Source of the DNA: Gammaproteobacteria bacterium
GTDB lineage: Bacteria > Pseudomonadota > Gammaproteobacteria > Natronospirales > REEB76
Direction: 5' to 3'
Length of the DNA: 64,000 bases
Assembly: GCA_028870845.1 (NCBI GenBank)
Contig: JAGWOR010000008.1
Location: forward strand, 5,303 to 69,302
Below are positions 28,055 to 39,286 of this stretch, piece after piece; positions within the stretch are counted from its first letter, which is position 1, and each line of letters starts with the position of its first letter. The translations under genes were made by a program, and so were the position numbers. The notes beneath the pieces are model-generated. The model ran no database searches. It worked only from the letters and a program-made list of their open reading frames with translations, and was not told where the DNA came from.

Positions 28055-29206
28055 ATGATGCCTATGGCAATTTACCTGGACCATAACGCCACCACACCGC
28101 TGGATAGCAGGGTGCTGGACGCCATGTTGCCCTGGTTAGAAGGCGTGCATGGCAACCCCTCCAGCATCCATCGCCCAGGCCGCGCAGCGCGCGATGCCCT
28201 GGACAAGGCGCGTGCGCAGGTGGCGGCACTGGTGAATGCCCGTCCAACGGAAGTGGTATTTACCAGTGGCGGCACCGAAGCCGACAACCTGGCGCTCAAG
28301 GGTGTGTGTCACGGCAAACCCGGCGGCCGCTTGCTGATCAGCGCCATTGAACATGCCGCCATCATGGGTCCGGCCGGTGATCTTGGCAGAATGGGCTGGC
28401 AGGTAGAGCGTGTGCCGGTGGACGGCGAGTGCCGCCTCAAGCACCAGGCCCTGCAAAAGCTGCTGGACCGGAAGGTACGGCTGGTTTCAGTGATGCTAGC
28501 CAACAATGAAACCGGCGTTTTGCAGGACGTGCAAGCAGTAGCCGCTGCCGCTCACGGCCAGGACGCGCTGTTGCACACTGATGCCATACAGGCGGCCGGC
28601 AAGCTGCCGGTGGATTTTGCCGCCCTGGAAGCGGATCTCCTGAGTCTGTCCGCGCACAAATTCGGCGGGCCGCGCGGCGTTGGCGCGCTAATCGTGCACC
28701 GGCGCGTCGGCTTGCTGGCCCAAATCAGCGGCGGCGGCCAGGAACGCGGTTTGCGCGGCGGCACGGAAAATCTTGCCGGCGTCGTGGGTTTCGGTGCTGC
28801 GGCGGAGCTGGCTCAATCGGAACTGCAGGCGCGCATGCGGCACATGCGCCGGTTGCGCGACGCGTTGGAATCCGGGCTGCACTCCATACCCGGCGTGCAT
28901 ATTTTCGCGCAATCCGCGCAGCGACTGCCCAACACCGTGCAGCTGGGACTCGCGGGCATACACGGGGAAGCGGCGGTGATGGAGCTGGACAGGCACGGCA
29001 TCGCGGTGTCCAGCGGATCCGCCTGCCACAGCGGCAGCGGCCAGCCCAGCCATGTGCTGCTGGCCATGGGCGTGGAAGAAATGCAGGCCCGCAGCGCAGT
29101 GCGCATCAGCATCGGCGGCGGCAACAGCCTGGAAGACATACACGAGCTGCTGGCGGCGCTCAAGGCGCTGGCCGCCAGCCATAGCGAAGCATTGGAGCCG
29201 GCGTGA
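28055..29206 (+). CDS. Cysteine desulfurase, NifS-like class I (first of two tandem paralogues)
   Basis: [27 protein letters not shown]-lysine block [16 protein letters not shown], active-site loop SSGSACHSG. Confidence 0.85.
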   Translation: MMPMAIYLDHNATTPLDSRVLDAMLPWLEGVHGNPSSIHRPGRAARDALDKARAQVAALVNARPTEVVFTSGGTEADNLALKGVCHGKPGGRLLISAIEHAAIMGPAGDLGRMGWQVERVPVDGECRLKHQALQKLLDRKVRLVSVMLANNETGVLQDVQAVAAAAHGQDALLHTDAIQAAGKLPVDFAALEADLLSLSAHKFGGPRGVGALIVHRRVGLLAQISGGGQERGLRGGTENLAGVVGFGAAAELAQSELQARMRHMRRLRDALESGLHSIPGVHIFAQSAQRLPNTVQLGLAGIHGEAAVMELDRHGIAVSSGSACHSGSGQPSHVLLAMGVEEMQARSAVRISIGGGNSLEDIHELLAALKALAASHSEALEPA

Positions 29207-29220
29207 GCGGGGGAGCCGAC

Positions 29221-30387
29221 ATGAAGCAAGAAACCATTTATCTGGATTACGCCGCCACCACGCCGGTGGACCCGCGGGTGGCGGAGAAAATGGCCTGCTG
29301 CCTCACCTGTGAAGGCACGTTCGCGAATCCCGCTTCGGCGCATGCACCGGGACGCAAGGCACGCGGCGCGGTGGAACGCGCCCGCAGCCAGGTAGCTGCG
29401 CTGGTGGGCGCGGAGCCCGGCGAGATCGTTTTCACTTCCGGCGCCACGGAATCCGATAATCTGGCTATCAAGGGTGCAGCGCATTTCTACAGCGACAAGG
29501 GCCGGCATCTCATCACCTCGCGCATCGAGCATAAGGCGGTGCTCGACACCTGCAAGCAGCTGGAACGCGACGGCTTCGAAGTTACCTGGTTGAAACCGGA
29601 TGCCGATGGGCTGATCCAGCCTTCCGTCGTCGAACAGGCGCTGCGTCCCGATACGGTGCTTGTCTCCATCATGCACGTGAACAACGAAATCGGCACTGTG
29701 AATGACATCGCCGGCATCGGCCGAGTCACGCGGGAGCGCGGCGTGCTGCTGCATGTGGACGCGGCCCAGAGCGCAGGTAAAGTGCCCATCGATCTCAAGA
29801 CCCTGTGTGTGGACCTGATGTCTTTTTCCGGGCACAAGCTGTATGGACCCAAGGGCATCGGCGCGCTGTATGTGCGCCGCGAACCGCGCGTGCAGCTGGA
29901 TCCATTGATGCACGGCGGCGGCCATGAACACGGCATGCGTTCCGGCACCCTGGCCACCCACCAGATCGTGGGCATGGGCGAGGCATTCGAGCTGGCGCGC
30001 CAGGAGTTACCGCAGGAGGCAAAAAAGCTGAATGCGCTGCGCGAAAAACTCTGGCGGGGATTGCATGCCGCCGTGCCGCAGGCGCTGTTAAACGGTCACC
30101 CGACCCAGCGGGTTTGCGGGATACTCAACGTGGCATTTCCCGGCATCGAGGGCGAAAGCCTGCTGTTCGCCTGCGGTGCGATCGCGGTATCCAGCGGTTC
30201 CGCCTGCACATCCGCGGACCAGCAGCCTTCATTTGTGTTGCGGGCACTGGGGCGTGACGATCAACTGGCGGGCAGCAGCATCCGCTTCAGCATCGGCAGG
30301 TTTACCACTGATGACGAGGTGGAGGCGGCGGTGCGCGTCGTGGGCCAGGAATATCACCGCTTGCTGGATCTGGCGCCGGCGGGCTGA
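29221..30387 (+). CDS. iscS: Cysteine desulfurase IscS-like, lacking the C-terminal tail
   Basis: Near-collinear with E. coli IscS as recalled ([90 protein letters not shown]). It ends about 15-20 residues earlier than the 404-aa E. coli protein. The ATG at 29221 is preferred over the GTG at 29203. Confidence 0.85.
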   Translation: MKQETIYLDYAATTPVDPRVAEKMACCLTCEGTFANPASAHAPGRKARGAVERARSQVAALVGAEPGEIVFTSGATESDNLAIKGAAHFYSDKGRHLITSRIEHKAVLDTCKQLERDGFEVTWLKPDADGLIQPSVVEQALRPDTVLVSIMHVNNEIGTVNDIAGIGRVTRERGVLLHVDAAQSAGKVPIDLKTLCVDLMSFSGHKLYGPKGIGALYVRREPRVQLDPLMHGGGHEHGMRSGTLATHQIVGMGEAFELARQELPQEAKKLNALREKLWRGLHAAVPQALLNGHPTQRVCGILNVAFPGIEGESLLFACGAIAVSSGSACTSADQQPSFVLRALGRDDQLAGSSIRFSIGRFTTDDEVEAAVRVVGQEYHRLLDLAPAG

Positions 30388-30395
30388 GCACCGGC

Positions 30396-30824
30396 ATGTT
30401 TCCCGGTTCTGAGTACAACACCGAGGTCTGGAGCCACTTCCGTGCCCCCAGGAATTCCGGCGTGTTTCCTGCCGATGCGTCCGGCGTAGTCGCCGGCGCC
30501 GCGGGCGCGCGCAAGCACGGCCGCGCGGTGGAATTCCAACTGCAGGTGAATGCCGCCGGTACCGTGGTGGACTGCCGCTATCGGGTATTCGGCTGTCCCG
30601 CCACCATCGCCCTGTGTTCCATGGCCAGCGAAGCACTCAAGGGCGGGCCGTTGTGCGACGCCGCCCGCTACAGCGTGGTGCAGCTGGCGGATCGCCTGGG
30701 CCTGGTGGCGGAAAAACGCGCGGCGGCCATCGTGGTGGAAGACGCGATCCGCGCCGCCGTCCGGAGGTACAATAACAACTCACCGCCGCAACTGGCCGTC
30801 GTAAAATTCACTATGGAGTCCTGA
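30396..30824 (+). CDS. Divergent IscU/NifU-N-like protein lacking two of three canonical cluster ligands
   Basis: Aligns with IscU (FRAPRNSGVF vs YENPRNVGSF; RYRVFGCPATIA vs RFKTYGCGSAIA; IVVEDAIRAAVRRY vs ILAEDAIKAAIADY). GAPACGD is replaced by GAAGARKHG, and KIHCS by KRAAA. Cys residues are at 60, 67, 74 and 87. Confidence 0.65.
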   Translation: MFPGSEYNTEVWSHFRAPRNSGVFPADASGVVAGAAGARKHGRAVEFQLQVNAAGTVVDCRYRVFGCPATIALCSMASEALKGGPLCDAARYSVVQLADRLGLVAEKRAAAIVVEDAIRAAVRRYNNNSPPQLAVVKFTMES

Positions 30825-30830
30825 AGGATC

Positions 30831-31154
30831 ATGGCAATCACCCTCACAGACGCCGCCGCCCGGCGGGTCAGCAGTTATCTGGCCAAGCGTGGTGGCGGGC
30901 TTGGCTTGCGCCTGGGCGTGAAAAAGACCGGGTGTTCCGGCTTTGCCTATGTGGTGGATTATGCCGATCAGGTGCAGCCTGAGGATGTGATTTTCGAGCA
31001 GCACGGTGTCAAGCTGCTGGTAAGCCGCGAAAACCTGCCCTTGCTGGACGGTACCCAGGTGGATTTTGTGCGTAATGGGCTGAATGAATCCTTCCAGTTC
31101 AGCAATCCGAACGTCAAGGACACATGCGGTTGCGGTGAAAGCTTCAGCGTCTAA
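30831..31154 (+). CDS. iscA: Iron-sulfur cluster insertion/assembly protein IscA (A-type carrier)
   Basis: [16 protein letters not shown] ... [16 protein letters not shown], the C-X(n)-C-G-C signature. Confidence 0.85.
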   Translation: MAITLTDAAARRVSSYLAKRGGGLGLRLGVKKTGCSGFAYVVDYADQVQPEDVIFEQHGVKLLVSRENLPLLDGTQVDFVRNGLNESFQFSNPNVKDTCGCGESFSV

Positions 31155-31169
31155 TAAATGAGCTTGCTG

Positions 31170-31194
31170 ACCGGGTTTCCAGCCCGGTTTCATT
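31170..31194 (+). terminator. Weak terminator-like hairpin after iscA
   Basis: ACCGGG-7 nt-CCCGGT followed by TTCATT. Short stem and a poor U-tract. Confidence 0.35.
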
Positions 31195-31325
31195 GCCTGT
31201 AGCATCCCTCTGCCGGTAAACTTGTCGGCTTAGAATCCGCTGAAATCCGCGGTTTCGCGGCATGGAACCACCCGCATACACGGGCTTCCGGCGGCCGGCA
31301 TCAGCAACGCATCGGAGATGCATTC

Positions 31326-31757
31326 GTGGCAATTGAACGTACGCTTTCCATCATCAAGCCTGATGGTGTGGCTAAAAACATCATTGGTGAGGTCTACTCC
31401 CGCTTCGAGAAAGCCGGGCTTCGGGTGGTGGCGGCACGCATGCTGCAGCTGACTCGCGCCCAGGCTGAAACCTTCTACGGCGTGCATCGTGAGCGTCCTT
31501 TCTTCAGGCCGCTGGTTGAATTCATGATCTCCGGCCCGGTCATGGCGCAGGTGCTGGAAGGCGAGGATGCCATCGCGCGCAACCGTGAGGTCATGGGCGC
31601 CACCAACCCCAAGGACGCCAAGCCCGGGACCATCCGCGCGGATTTTGCCAAGACCGTGGATGAAAACGTGGTACATGGATCGGATGGTGTGGAAACCGCG
31701 CGCAACGAAATCGCCTTTTTCTTCCCGCAGACCGACATCTGCGCGCGCAGCCGTTGA
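31326..31757 (+). CDS. ndk: Nucleoside diphosphate kinase
   Basis: GTG start. [18 protein letters not shown] active-site His block. Confidence 0.95.
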   Translation: MAIERTLSIIKPDGVAKNIIGEVYSRFEKAGLRVVAARMLQLTRAQAETFYGVHRERPFFRPLVEFMISGPVMAQVLEGEDAIARNREVMGATNPKDAKPGTIRADFAKTVDENVVHGSDGVETARNEIAFFFPQTDICARSR

Positions 31758-31762
31758 GATCC

Positions 31763-32875
31763 ATGCAGGCGGGCAACTCCAAGGTCAACCTGCTGGGGCT
31801 GGATCGCCAGGCGCTGGAAGCTTTTTTCTCCAGGCTCGGCGAAAAACCATTTCGTGCGCGCCAATTGATGCAATGGATCTATCACCGCGGGGTCACCGGT
31901 TTCGAAAACATGACCGATCTGGGCAAGGGCCTGCGGCTGAAACTTAGCGAGTATGCGGAAATCCGCCTGCCGGAAGTGGCGGATGAACAGTTTTCCGCCG
32001 ACGGTACCCGCAAGTGGTTGTTGCGCGTCGATGCCGGCAACAGCATCGAAACCGTGTTCATCCCGGAGCCCGATCGAGGCACCTTGTGTATTTCCTCGCA
32101 GGTAGGCTGTGCCATGGCATGCACCTTCTGTGCCACCGGCAAACAGGGTTTCAACCGCAATCTCAGCACCGCCGAGATCATCGCCCAGGTTTGGCTGGCC
32201 AACCAACGGCTTGGCGCAGTTCCGGGCGTACAGCGCGCTATCACCAACATCGTGTTCATGGGCATGGGCGAACCACTGGCCAACTACAAGCATGTGCTGC
32301 CGGCGCTGCGCATATTGCTGGATGATTTCGGTTATGGTCTTTCGAAACGGAGGGTGACCGTAAGTACTTCGGGACTGGTGCCGAATCTCAACAAGCTGGC
32401 AGGCGAATGCGATGTGGCACTGGCGGTGTCATTGCACGCCCCGAATGACGCGCTACGGAACGTACTGGTGCCCATCAACCGCATACACCCGATCGCTGAA
32501 CTAATGGCCGCCTGCCGCAATTACGTGCGCGACCAGGACCGCAGCCATGCGCACATCACATTTGAATACGTGATGCTGGAGGATGTCAACGACAGTCTGG
32601 ATCACGCCAGGCAGCTGGTGGAGCTGGTCAGGGACATAGCCTGCAAGGTCAACCTGATCCCCTTCAATCCATTCCCCGGCGCCGTCTATCAGCGCTCGCC
32701 CCCCGAGACGATCGAGCGCTTCGGCGAATATTTGTGGAACCGAGGTATCGTAACCATCACGCGCCGTACCCGCGGCGATGACATAGACGCCGCCTGCGGT
32801 CAGCTGGCGGGCAGGGTTCAGGACAGGATACGGCGCGCACGGCGCGCGCCCGAACGACTGGAGGTGCCGGTATGA
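31763..32875 (+). CDS. rlmN: 23S rRNA/tRNA (adenine2503-C2)-methyltransferase RlmN (radical SAM)
   Basis: [18 protein letters not shown] radical-SAM cluster motif and DIDAACGQL near the C-terminus. Alternative TTG start at 31754. Confidence 0.9.
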   Translation: MQAGNSKVNLLGLDRQALEAFFSRLGEKPFRARQLMQWIYHRGVTGFENMTDLGKGLRLKLSEYAEIRLPEVADEQFSADGTRKWLLRVDAGNSIETVFIPEPDRGTLCISSQVGCAMACTFCATGKQGFNRNLSTAEIIAQVWLANQRLGAVPGVQRAITNIVFMGMGEPLANYKHVLPALRILLDDFGYGLSKRRVTVSTSGLVPNLNKLAGECDVALAVSLHAPNDALRNVLVPINRIHPIAELMAACRNYVRDQDRSHAHITFEYVMLEDVNDSLDHARQLVELVRDIACKVNLIPFNPFPGAVYQRSPPETIERFGEYLWNRGIVTITRRTRGDDIDAACGQLAGRVQDRIRRARRAPERLEVPV

Positions 32876-33660
32876 AGACGGTAAATGCCAGGGTCATCGT
32901 GATATCAGTCGCGGTACTGGTGCTGGGCGCTTGTGTCAGCACATCCTCGACGCCGCAAAACCAGATCTCCATGAACCAGGCGTCACAGGACAACGTGGCA
33001 CTGGGTGTCGCATATTTACAGCAGGGACGCCGCGACCTGGCCATGCAGAAGCTGCAGCTCGCGTTGCAGCAGAATCCCGACAATGCCAATGCCTACTCGG
33101 CGCTGGGCTTGCTGTACAGCAATATCGGGGATAACAAGCGCGCGGATGAAAATTACCGTGAAGCGCTGGACAAGGCGCCAACCGACCCGCAGATCCAGAA
33201 CAATTACGCGGTATTCCTCTGCCGCCAGGGCAAGCCCAAGCAATCAGAAAAATATTTCGTGGAAGCTGCGCAAAACCCGATGTATCCGACGCCGGAGGCG
33301 GCATACGCCAATGCCGGCGTATGTGCAAATCTGATACCGGATGAAGCGGCGGCGGAGCAGTTTTTCAACAAGTCGCTGGCCATCAACCCTAATTATCCGC
33401 AATCGCTGTATGAAATGGCGCGCTTGAGTTACCAGCACAAAAGATACCAGGATGCGCTGACTTACATACGGCGTTTTGAGTCGGCCTCGCCCACTCCCAG
33501 GCCGGAGGTGCTGTTGCTGGGCGTGCGCACGGAGAACGCCCTGGGCGACAGGCGCGGCGCGGAAGGTTATGCGAAAAAACTGCGTATCCTGTTTCCCAAT
33601 TCCCCCCAAACACAGCAGTTGGACCAGAGCGATAACAATGCCGGCAACCCGGGAAACTAA
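32872..33660 (+). CDS. pilW: Type IV pilus biogenesis/stability TPR lipoprotein PilW (PilF)
   Basis: Lipobox LVLGAC, TPR repeats, conserved position between rlmN and rodZ. Confidence 0.75.
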   Translation: MKTVNARVIVISVAVLVLGACVSTSSTPQNQISMNQASQDNVALGVAYLQQGRRDLAMQKLQLALQQNPDNANAYSALGLLYSNIGDNKRADENYREALDKAPTDPQIQNNYAVFLCRQGKPKQSEKYFVEAAQNPMYPTPEAAYANAGVCANLIPDEAAAEQFFNKSLAINPNYPQSLYEMARLSYQHKRYQDALTYIRRFESASPTPRPEVLLLGVRTENALGDRRGAEGYAKKLRILFPNSPQTQQLDQSDNNAGNPGN

Positions 33661-34609
33661 ATCTCAGGAGAACGCCGCCGCAAGCCTTGGAGCGAGGCTG
33701 CACGCCGCGCGCGAAGCCCTCGGCCTGTCCGTGCATAAGGCGGCACAGGACATGCATGTGAGCGATGACATCATCGAGGCCCTGGAACGCAATGATTTCA
33801 CGCACCTGGGCGCACCCATATTCGTGCGCGGCCATCTGCGCAACTACGCACGGCTGCTGGGCCTGCCGGAAAATGAGATCCTGGAGGCCGAACATGCGGC
33901 CGACAAGCTGTCGCCGCCGCCGCTGGTTACACAGACTCCCATCGGCGGGCATGCTTTTGCCCAGCGTTACGCCATGCCGGTATTTTCGCTGCTGATTGCC
34001 GCGTTGCTGTTGGCCTTGGGGATTGTCTGGTGGCTCTACCGGCCGGTGCCGCAGAACCAGACGTCGCCGGCGGTGCAGACGCCTGGCACAACCCAACAGG
34101 CGGTCACACAGTCGCCCACCGCCACCTCCAGTCCACTGAGCGAGGCTGTGCCGGCACCGCATACCGGCAACCTGCATACCCCCGGCAAAAAACCCTTGGA
34201 ATCCCTGCGTCAGGAACCCGTACCTGCCGTGTTGAAACCAGTGCGTCGCGCGGCGGCAGCTGTTGAAGTGCCTCCGGCAAAACGCAGCCAGGCGCATTTA
34301 GCCACAACACACGGGACGGCGGCTACGCCGTCGAAACTGCTGGTATATGCACAGTTCAACCTGAGCCAGCCTTCCTGGATCGAGGTCTACGATGCAAGCG
34401 GCAAACGCCTGTATTACAGCCTGGCACCGGCCGGCGACAAGTTCGAGGTCTCAGGCGCCGCACCCCTCCAGGTATTCCTTGGCAATGCTCCCGGGGTGAG
34501 CGTGGAATTGAACGGCGCAGCATTCAATTTCGCGCCATTCATTCACTCCGACAATACCGCGCATTTCAATCTGGGCGCTGCCGCCGGCAGTAAAGCCCCA
34601 GCCGGCTGA
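33638..34609 (+). CDS. rodZ: Cytoskeleton protein RodZ (HTH, single TM, Pro/Ala-rich linker, DUF4115)
   Basis: I trimmed the ORF to the ATG at 33638. XRE-type HTH (LGARLHAAREALGLSVHKAAQDMHVSDDIIEALE), a TM (VFSLLIAALLLALGIVWWLY), and a C-terminal WIEVYDASGKRLY block. Confidence 0.75.
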   Translation: MPATRETKSQENAAASLGARLHAAREALGLSVHKAAQDMHVSDDIIEALERNDFTHLGAPIFVRGHLRNYARLLGLPENEILEAEHAADKLSPPPLVTQTPIGGHAFAQRYAMPVFSLLIAALLLALGIVWWLYRPVPQNQTSPAVQTPGTTQQAVTQSPTATSSPLSEAVPAPHTGNLHTPGKKPLESLRQEPVPAVLKPVRRAAAAVEVPPAKRSQAHLATTHGTAATPSKLLVYAQFNLSQPSWIEVYDASGKRLYYSLAPAGDKFEVSGAAPLQVFLGNAPGVSVELNGAAFNFAPFIHSDNTAHFNLGAAAGSKAPAG

Positions 34610-34643
34610 GTGCATAAGCAGGACCATAACCCGAGACGCATGC

Positions 34644-35915
34644 GTGAGTAAGCTGATACCGCCCATCAGAGGCATGAACGACATATTGCCGGATGTAACG
34701 CCGCGACTGCAGCACCTGGAAAACGTGTCGCGCGCCATACTCGTGGCCTATGGTTACCGGGAAATCCGCGTGCCGGTGGTGGAAAGAACCGAACTGTTCT
34801 CGCGCTCCATCGGCGAAGTTACGGATATAGTGGAAAAAGAGATGTACACCTTCGAGGACCGCAACGGCGACAGTCTGACGTTGCGGCCGGAGGCAACTGC
34901 CGGCATGGTGCGCGCCGGACTTAGCAACGGGCTTTTGTACAACCAGGTGCAACGTCTATGGACTTCGGGACCCATGTTCCGATACGAGCGGCCCCAGAAA
35001 GGCCGCTACCGGCAGTTCTTCCAGATCGATGCGGAAGCCTACGGGTTACCCGGGCCGGATATCGATGCCGAGATGATCGTCATGCTGTCGCGCATCTGGA
35101 AACATTTGCGCATCCGGCAGGTGGAATTGCAAATAAACTCGCTCGGAACGCCCGAAGCCAGGGCCCATTACCGGGAAAAACTGCGGGAGTTCCTGCGCGC
35201 CCATCAGCAGCAGCTCGATGAGGACAGTCTCCGGCGCCTGGACAGCAATCCCCTGCGGGTGCTGGACAGCAAGGAACCAGCCACGGCCAGGCTGGTGGCT
35301 GATGCACCCAGCATTCTGGATCACCTGGATGACGACTCACGCCGGCATTTCGAATTGCTGCGGGGCATGCTGGACAAAGTGGGGGTGAAATATACAGTCA
35401 ATCCGCGCCTGGTGCGCGGTCTGGATTATTATTCGCGTACCGTTTTCGAGTGGGTGACCACACGCCTGGGATCCCAGGACGCAGTGTGTTCCGGCGGACG
35501 GTATGACCGGCTGGTAGCGCAGCTGGGCGGCAAATCCACCCCGGCCATAGGCTTCGCCATGGGCGTGGAACGGCTGGCAGCGCTTATGCAGGAAGAAGAC
35601 ACGCCGGTGCCGGATGCTTCGCCGCACGCCTATCTGGTGCGGGTCGGAGACCTGGCGCAAATCGCAGGCCTGCAGCTGGCCGAACTGTTGCACGATGCCT
35701 TGCCGGATCTGCGCCTCATATTGGATTGCAGCGGCGGCGGTTTTGCCAATCAGTTGAAGCGCGCGGACAAAAGCGGTGCGCGCGTGGCGCTGGTGCTGGG
35801 CGAGGATGAAGCCGGCAGCAGGCGAGTGGGCTTCAAACCACTGCGGAACGATACGGAACAGGTGAATCTGGCCTGGGATGAGGTGATTGAACGGCTCACG
35901 CCGTGGCTTGAATAA
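34644..35915 (+). CDS. hisS: Histidine--tRNA ligase
   Basis: GTG start. Class II motifs (RGMNDILP, FRYERPQKGRYRQF, GGRYD). Confidence 0.95.
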   Translation: MSKLIPPIRGMNDILPDVTPRLQHLENVSRAILVAYGYREIRVPVVERTELFSRSIGEVTDIVEKEMYTFEDRNGDSLTLRPEATAGMVRAGLSNGLLYNQVQRLWTSGPMFRYERPQKGRYRQFFQIDAEAYGLPGPDIDAEMIVMLSRIWKHLRIRQVELQINSLGTPEARAHYREKLREFLRAHQQQLDEDSLRRLDSNPLRVLDSKEPATARLVADAPSILDHLDDDSRRHFELLRGMLDKVGVKYTVNPRLVRGLDYYSRTVFEWVTTRLGSQDAVCSGGRYDRLVAQLGGKSTPAIGFAMGVERLAALMQEEDTPVPDASPHAYLVRVGDLAQIAGLQLAELLHDALPDLRLILDCSGGGFANQLKRADKSGARVALVLGEDEAGSRRVGFKPLRNDTEQVNLAWDEVIERLTPWLE

Positions 35916-35942
35916 CAACGATCTATTCGCGCCTACGCGCGT

Positions 35943-36650
35943 ATGACAATTCAGGAGTGCATTGTGGACGAGTACCTTACAGATAAAGAGCAGGTTGAAC
36001 GCCTTAAAAAATGGTGGTCGGATAATTACAAGTCCATTCTGGCGGGCGTGATTATTGCAGCCGCGATCATTTTTGGCTGGCGCTGGTGGCAACACCGGGT
36101 TGAGGTGCGCAGCATGACCGCATCCATGATGTACAACCGGATGGGCGAGATGCTGGCAGCGAATGATTTTTCCCCGGCAGTCCAGATCGGGCACGACCTG
36201 ATGAAGAATTACATCGATACCCCGTACGCAACCCAGGCGGCGCTGGCCCTCGCACAGAACGATGTGAGCAGCAACAAACCGGATGACGCCGCACAGATGC
36301 TGGTTTGGGTCCTCAAAAACAGCAAGGATGAGGGCCTCAAACTGCTGGCGCGACTGCGGCTGGCACGGGTCAAGTTGATGGTGGGTGATCCACAAGCCGC
36401 CCTGCATGAGCTTGATGGTGTTCAACCAGGCGGATTTGCCGCGCTGTATGCCGAACTGCGGGGTGATGCCTACGCCAGGCTGGGTGATAACGGCAAGGCA
36501 CGGGCTGCATACCAGCAGGCTTTGAGCCTGTGGACACCGGAGATGCAAGGCAAATCAATGTTGCAGATGAAACTGCAAAGCCTTTCGCCCGCTCCGGGTG
36601 CCGCCAAGGCGCCAGCGCCGTCAGACCAACCAAAAGCAGGCAAGCCGTGA
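35943..36650 (+). CDS. yfgM: YfgM family ancillary SecYEG translocon subunit (TPR-like)
   Basis: N-terminal EQVERLKKWW, a TM, and a TPR-like periplasmic domain. Conserved hisS-yfgM-bamB-der order. Confidence 0.75.
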   Translation: MTIQECIVDEYLTDKEQVERLKKWWSDNYKSILAGVIIAAAIIFGWRWWQHRVEVRSMTASMMYNRMGEMLAANDFSPAVQIGHDLMKNYIDTPYATQAALALAQNDVSSNKPDDAAQMLVWVLKNSKDEGLKLLARLRLARVKLMVGDPQAALHELDGVQPGGFAALYAELRGDAYARLGDNGKARAAYQQALSLWTPEMQGKSMLQMKLQSLSPAPGAAKAPAPSDQPKAGKP

Positions 36651-37786
36651 AGCGCATCATCACACTGGGTATGGCAATTCTGCTGGCGGCGTGCGCCAGC
36701 AGCAACGTGGAACCGCCCGCTCCATTGGTCAATTTCACGCCCAAAATCAAGGTGGAACGCGTGTGGAGCCGCTCCATAGGTTCGGCGGATGCCATCCTGC
36801 GCCTCGGTATCGTGCCGGCCAGCAACGGCACCAATGTATACGTTGCCTCGCATGACGGCGCCGTGTATGCCTTTAACCTGAAGAACGGCGACCATGTGTG
36901 GAGAACCAACACCAAACTCTCGCTGACGGCGGGGCCGGGCGTGGGCGAGGGCGTCCTGGTGGTGTGCGCCAGCAACGGCACGGTGGAGGCGCTGAGCACC
37001 AAGGATGGCAAGCAGTTGTGGAAAACGGATGTTAACGGTTATGTGCTGGCGTCACCGGCGGTGAGCCAGTCCGTGGTCGTGGTTACTACTACCGATGGAC
37101 ACACGCTGGCGCTCTCGTCGCTTACCGGCCAGGTGCTGTGGAACGTGGCGCACGAAGTACCCAATCTGTCGCTGCGGGGTGCATCGCCGCCGCTGATATC
37201 CGGCAATACTGTGTTCCAGGGACTGGACAACGGCCAATTGCTGGCGCTCAACCTGTCGGATGGCAGCCAGCGCTGGAGTACCAGTATTTCCATACCGAGC
37301 GGCAGTAACGAACTGGCACGGCTCGTGGACCTGGACGGCGTACTGGCTGTGGACAGCGACGTGGTGTATGCAGTGAACTACCATGGCCGGCTGGAAGAAC
37401 TGGTGCGGGACAGCGGCCAGGTAATGTGGCGCCGTGAAATGTCCAGTTATACCGGTGTTTCCGAAGATAGCTCGCATGTTTACGTGACGGACACGCACAG
37501 TGCGGTGTGGGCTCTGGACAAAGCCACCGGCATACCGGTGTGGACCCAGCCGGCGATGCGCGCCCGCGATCTTACGCTGCCGGTCCCGTACATGGATACC
37601 GTGGTGGCCGGCGATCTCCAGGGCTATCTGCATTTTCTCTCTAAACAGGACGGCAGCATCGTGGCGCGCGTCCGCCAGGGTAGCTCGCCGATTCTTGCGC
37701 CGCCCATCGTCGTGAACGGCTATCTGGTGGTCTTGACCGCCGGCGCCAGCTTGGCGGCATACAAGATCGAGCCGCTGGCCGGCTAG
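36647..37786 (+). CDS. bamB: Outer membrane protein assembly factor BamB
   Basis: The GTG at 36647 overlaps the yfgM stop (GTGA). Lipobox LLAAC. PQQ-like beta-propeller repeats. Confidence 0.85.
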   Translation: MKRIITLGMAILLAACASSNVEPPAPLVNFTPKIKVERVWSRSIGSADAILRLGIVPASNGTNVYVASHDGAVYAFNLKNGDHVWRTNTKLSLTAGPGVGEGVLVVCASNGTVEALSTKDGKQLWKTDVNGYVLASPAVSQSVVVVTTTDGHTLALSSLTGQVLWNVAHEVPNLSLRGASPPLISGNTVFQGLDNGQLLALNLSDGSQRWSTSISIPSGSNELARLVDLDGVLAVDSDVVYAVNYHGRLEELVRDSGQVMWRREMSSYTGVSEDSSHVYVTDTHSAVWALDKATGIPVWTQPAMRARDLTLPVPYMDTVVAGDLQGYLHFLSKQDGSIVARVRQGSSPILAPPIVVNGYLVVLTAGASLAAYKIEPLAG

Positions 37787-37852
37787 AAATCCGCTCGTTG
37801 GTGTTACCCTGTCACTGGAACCGCGGACAGCCACCGCGGCCATGGGTTTATC

Positions 37853-39253
37853 ATGTTGCCTGTCATCGCGATTATCGGCCGTCCCAATGTGGGCAAGTCC
37901 ACGCTCTTTAACCTGTTGACGCGATCGCGGGATGCGCTGGTTGCTGACTTGCCGGGCTTCACACGCGACCGGCAATACGGCTTCGGACGTCTGGGATCAC
38001 GCCCGTACGTGGCGGTGGATACCGGCGGACTGGACGGTTCCAGCGAAGGCTTGCCCGGCGAGATGGCGAAGCAGACCCTGCGGGCATTTGCGGAATGCCA
38101 AGCCGCCATCCTGATGGTGGATGGGCGCTCCGGCCTGAACGCAGTGGATCAGGAGATCGCCGCACGCTTGCGGCGCGCCGGCAAGCCGATCTACGTGGCG
38201 GTCAACAAGACCGAGGGCATGGCGGCGGATGTGGTCACCGGGGAATTCCACGCCCTCGGCCTGGGACAGCCGCATGCCATTTCAGCCGCCCACGGCAGCG
38301 GCGTGGATACCCTGATTGAGTCGGTGCTGGCCGGTCTGCCGGCAGATGTGGAAGCTCCAGCCACTGATGAACGGCGCATCCATGTGGCGGTCGTGGGCCG
38401 CCCCAATGTGGGCAAATCCACGCTAATCAACCGGCTGCTGGGGGAAGAACGCCTGATCACCTTCGATCAGCCCGGCACCACGCGCGACAGCATCTACGTG
38501 CCGTTCGACCGGGACGCTCAAGCCTATATGCTTATCGATACCGCGGGTATCCGCCGGCGTGCCCGCGTCAGCGACAAGTTCGAGAAATTCAGCATCGTCA
38601 AGACCCTGCAGGCGGTCGATCAAGCCCAGGTGGTGATCGTGATGCTTGATGCCCGTGAAGGCGTTACTGACCAGGATGCCTCACTGCTGGGGCTGGTGAT
38701 GCAACGCGGCCGAGCGCTGGTGCTGGCGGTTAACAAGTGGGATGGCCTGGAAGATAACCAGCGCGAAAATGTGCGCCGTCTCATTGATGTGAAACTTCCA
38801 TTCCTGGAATTTGCGCGCCTGCACTTTATTTCCGCGTTGCACGGCAGCGGAGTGGGCGAGCTGATGCAGTCGGTGAAGCGCGCCTACACGGCAGCGACGC
38901 GGCAGTTGTCCACACCCGAGCTTACCCGGGTTCTGGAAGCGGCGGTAGCGCAGCATCAACCGCCACTGGTGCGCGGCCGGCGGATACGTCTGCGGTATGC
39001 ACACCAGGGCGGGCGCAATCCGCCGGTGATCGTGGTGCACGGCAACCAGACCAGCGCGGTTCCGGATGCCTACCGCCGCTATCTGGAGGGTGTGTTCCGT
39101 GAAGCTTTTGATCTGTATGGCACGCCGGTGCACATCGAATTCCGCAGCGGGGAAAATCCCTACGCCCAACGCCGCAAAAAGCAGACCCCCAAGCAGGCCA
39201 AAGTGGCGCGCCGCCAGCGGCGTATAGCCCGCGGGCGCAAACACAAGCAATAG
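37853..39253 (+). CDS. der: Ribosome biogenesis GTPase Der (EngA)
   Basis: Two G domains (GRPNVGKST twice, DTGG / DTAG, NKTE / NKWD), a KH-like C-terminus and a basic tail. Confidence 0.95.
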   Translation: MLPVIAIIGRPNVGKSTLFNLLTRSRDALVADLPGFTRDRQYGFGRLGSRPYVAVDTGGLDGSSEGLPGEMAKQTLRAFAECQAAILMVDGRSGLNAVDQEIAARLRRAGKPIYVAVNKTEGMAADVVTGEFHALGLGQPHAISAAHGSGVDTLIESVLAGLPADVEAPATDERRIHVAVVGRPNVGKSTLINRLLGEERLITFDQPGTTRDSIYVPFDRDAQAYMLIDTAGIRRRARVSDKFEKFSIVKTLQAVDQAQVVIVMLDAREGVTDQDASLLGLVMQRGRALVLAVNKWDGLEDNQRENVRRLIDVKLPFLEFARLHFISALHGSGVGELMQSVKRAYTAATRQLSTPELTRVLEAAVAQHQPPLVRGRRIRLRYAHQGGRNPPVIVVHGNQTSAVPDAYRRYLEGVFREAFDLYGTPVHIEFRSGENPYAQRRKKQTPKQAKVARRQRRIARGRKHKQ

Positions 39254-39286
39254 GCCGCCGGCTGTTAATGCAGCACTGTGGCTGCT

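Noticed and set aside
35337-36548. 403-aa ORF on the minus strand
   Set aside because: It lies antisense to hisS and yfgM and has no motifs. It is a high-GC artefact.
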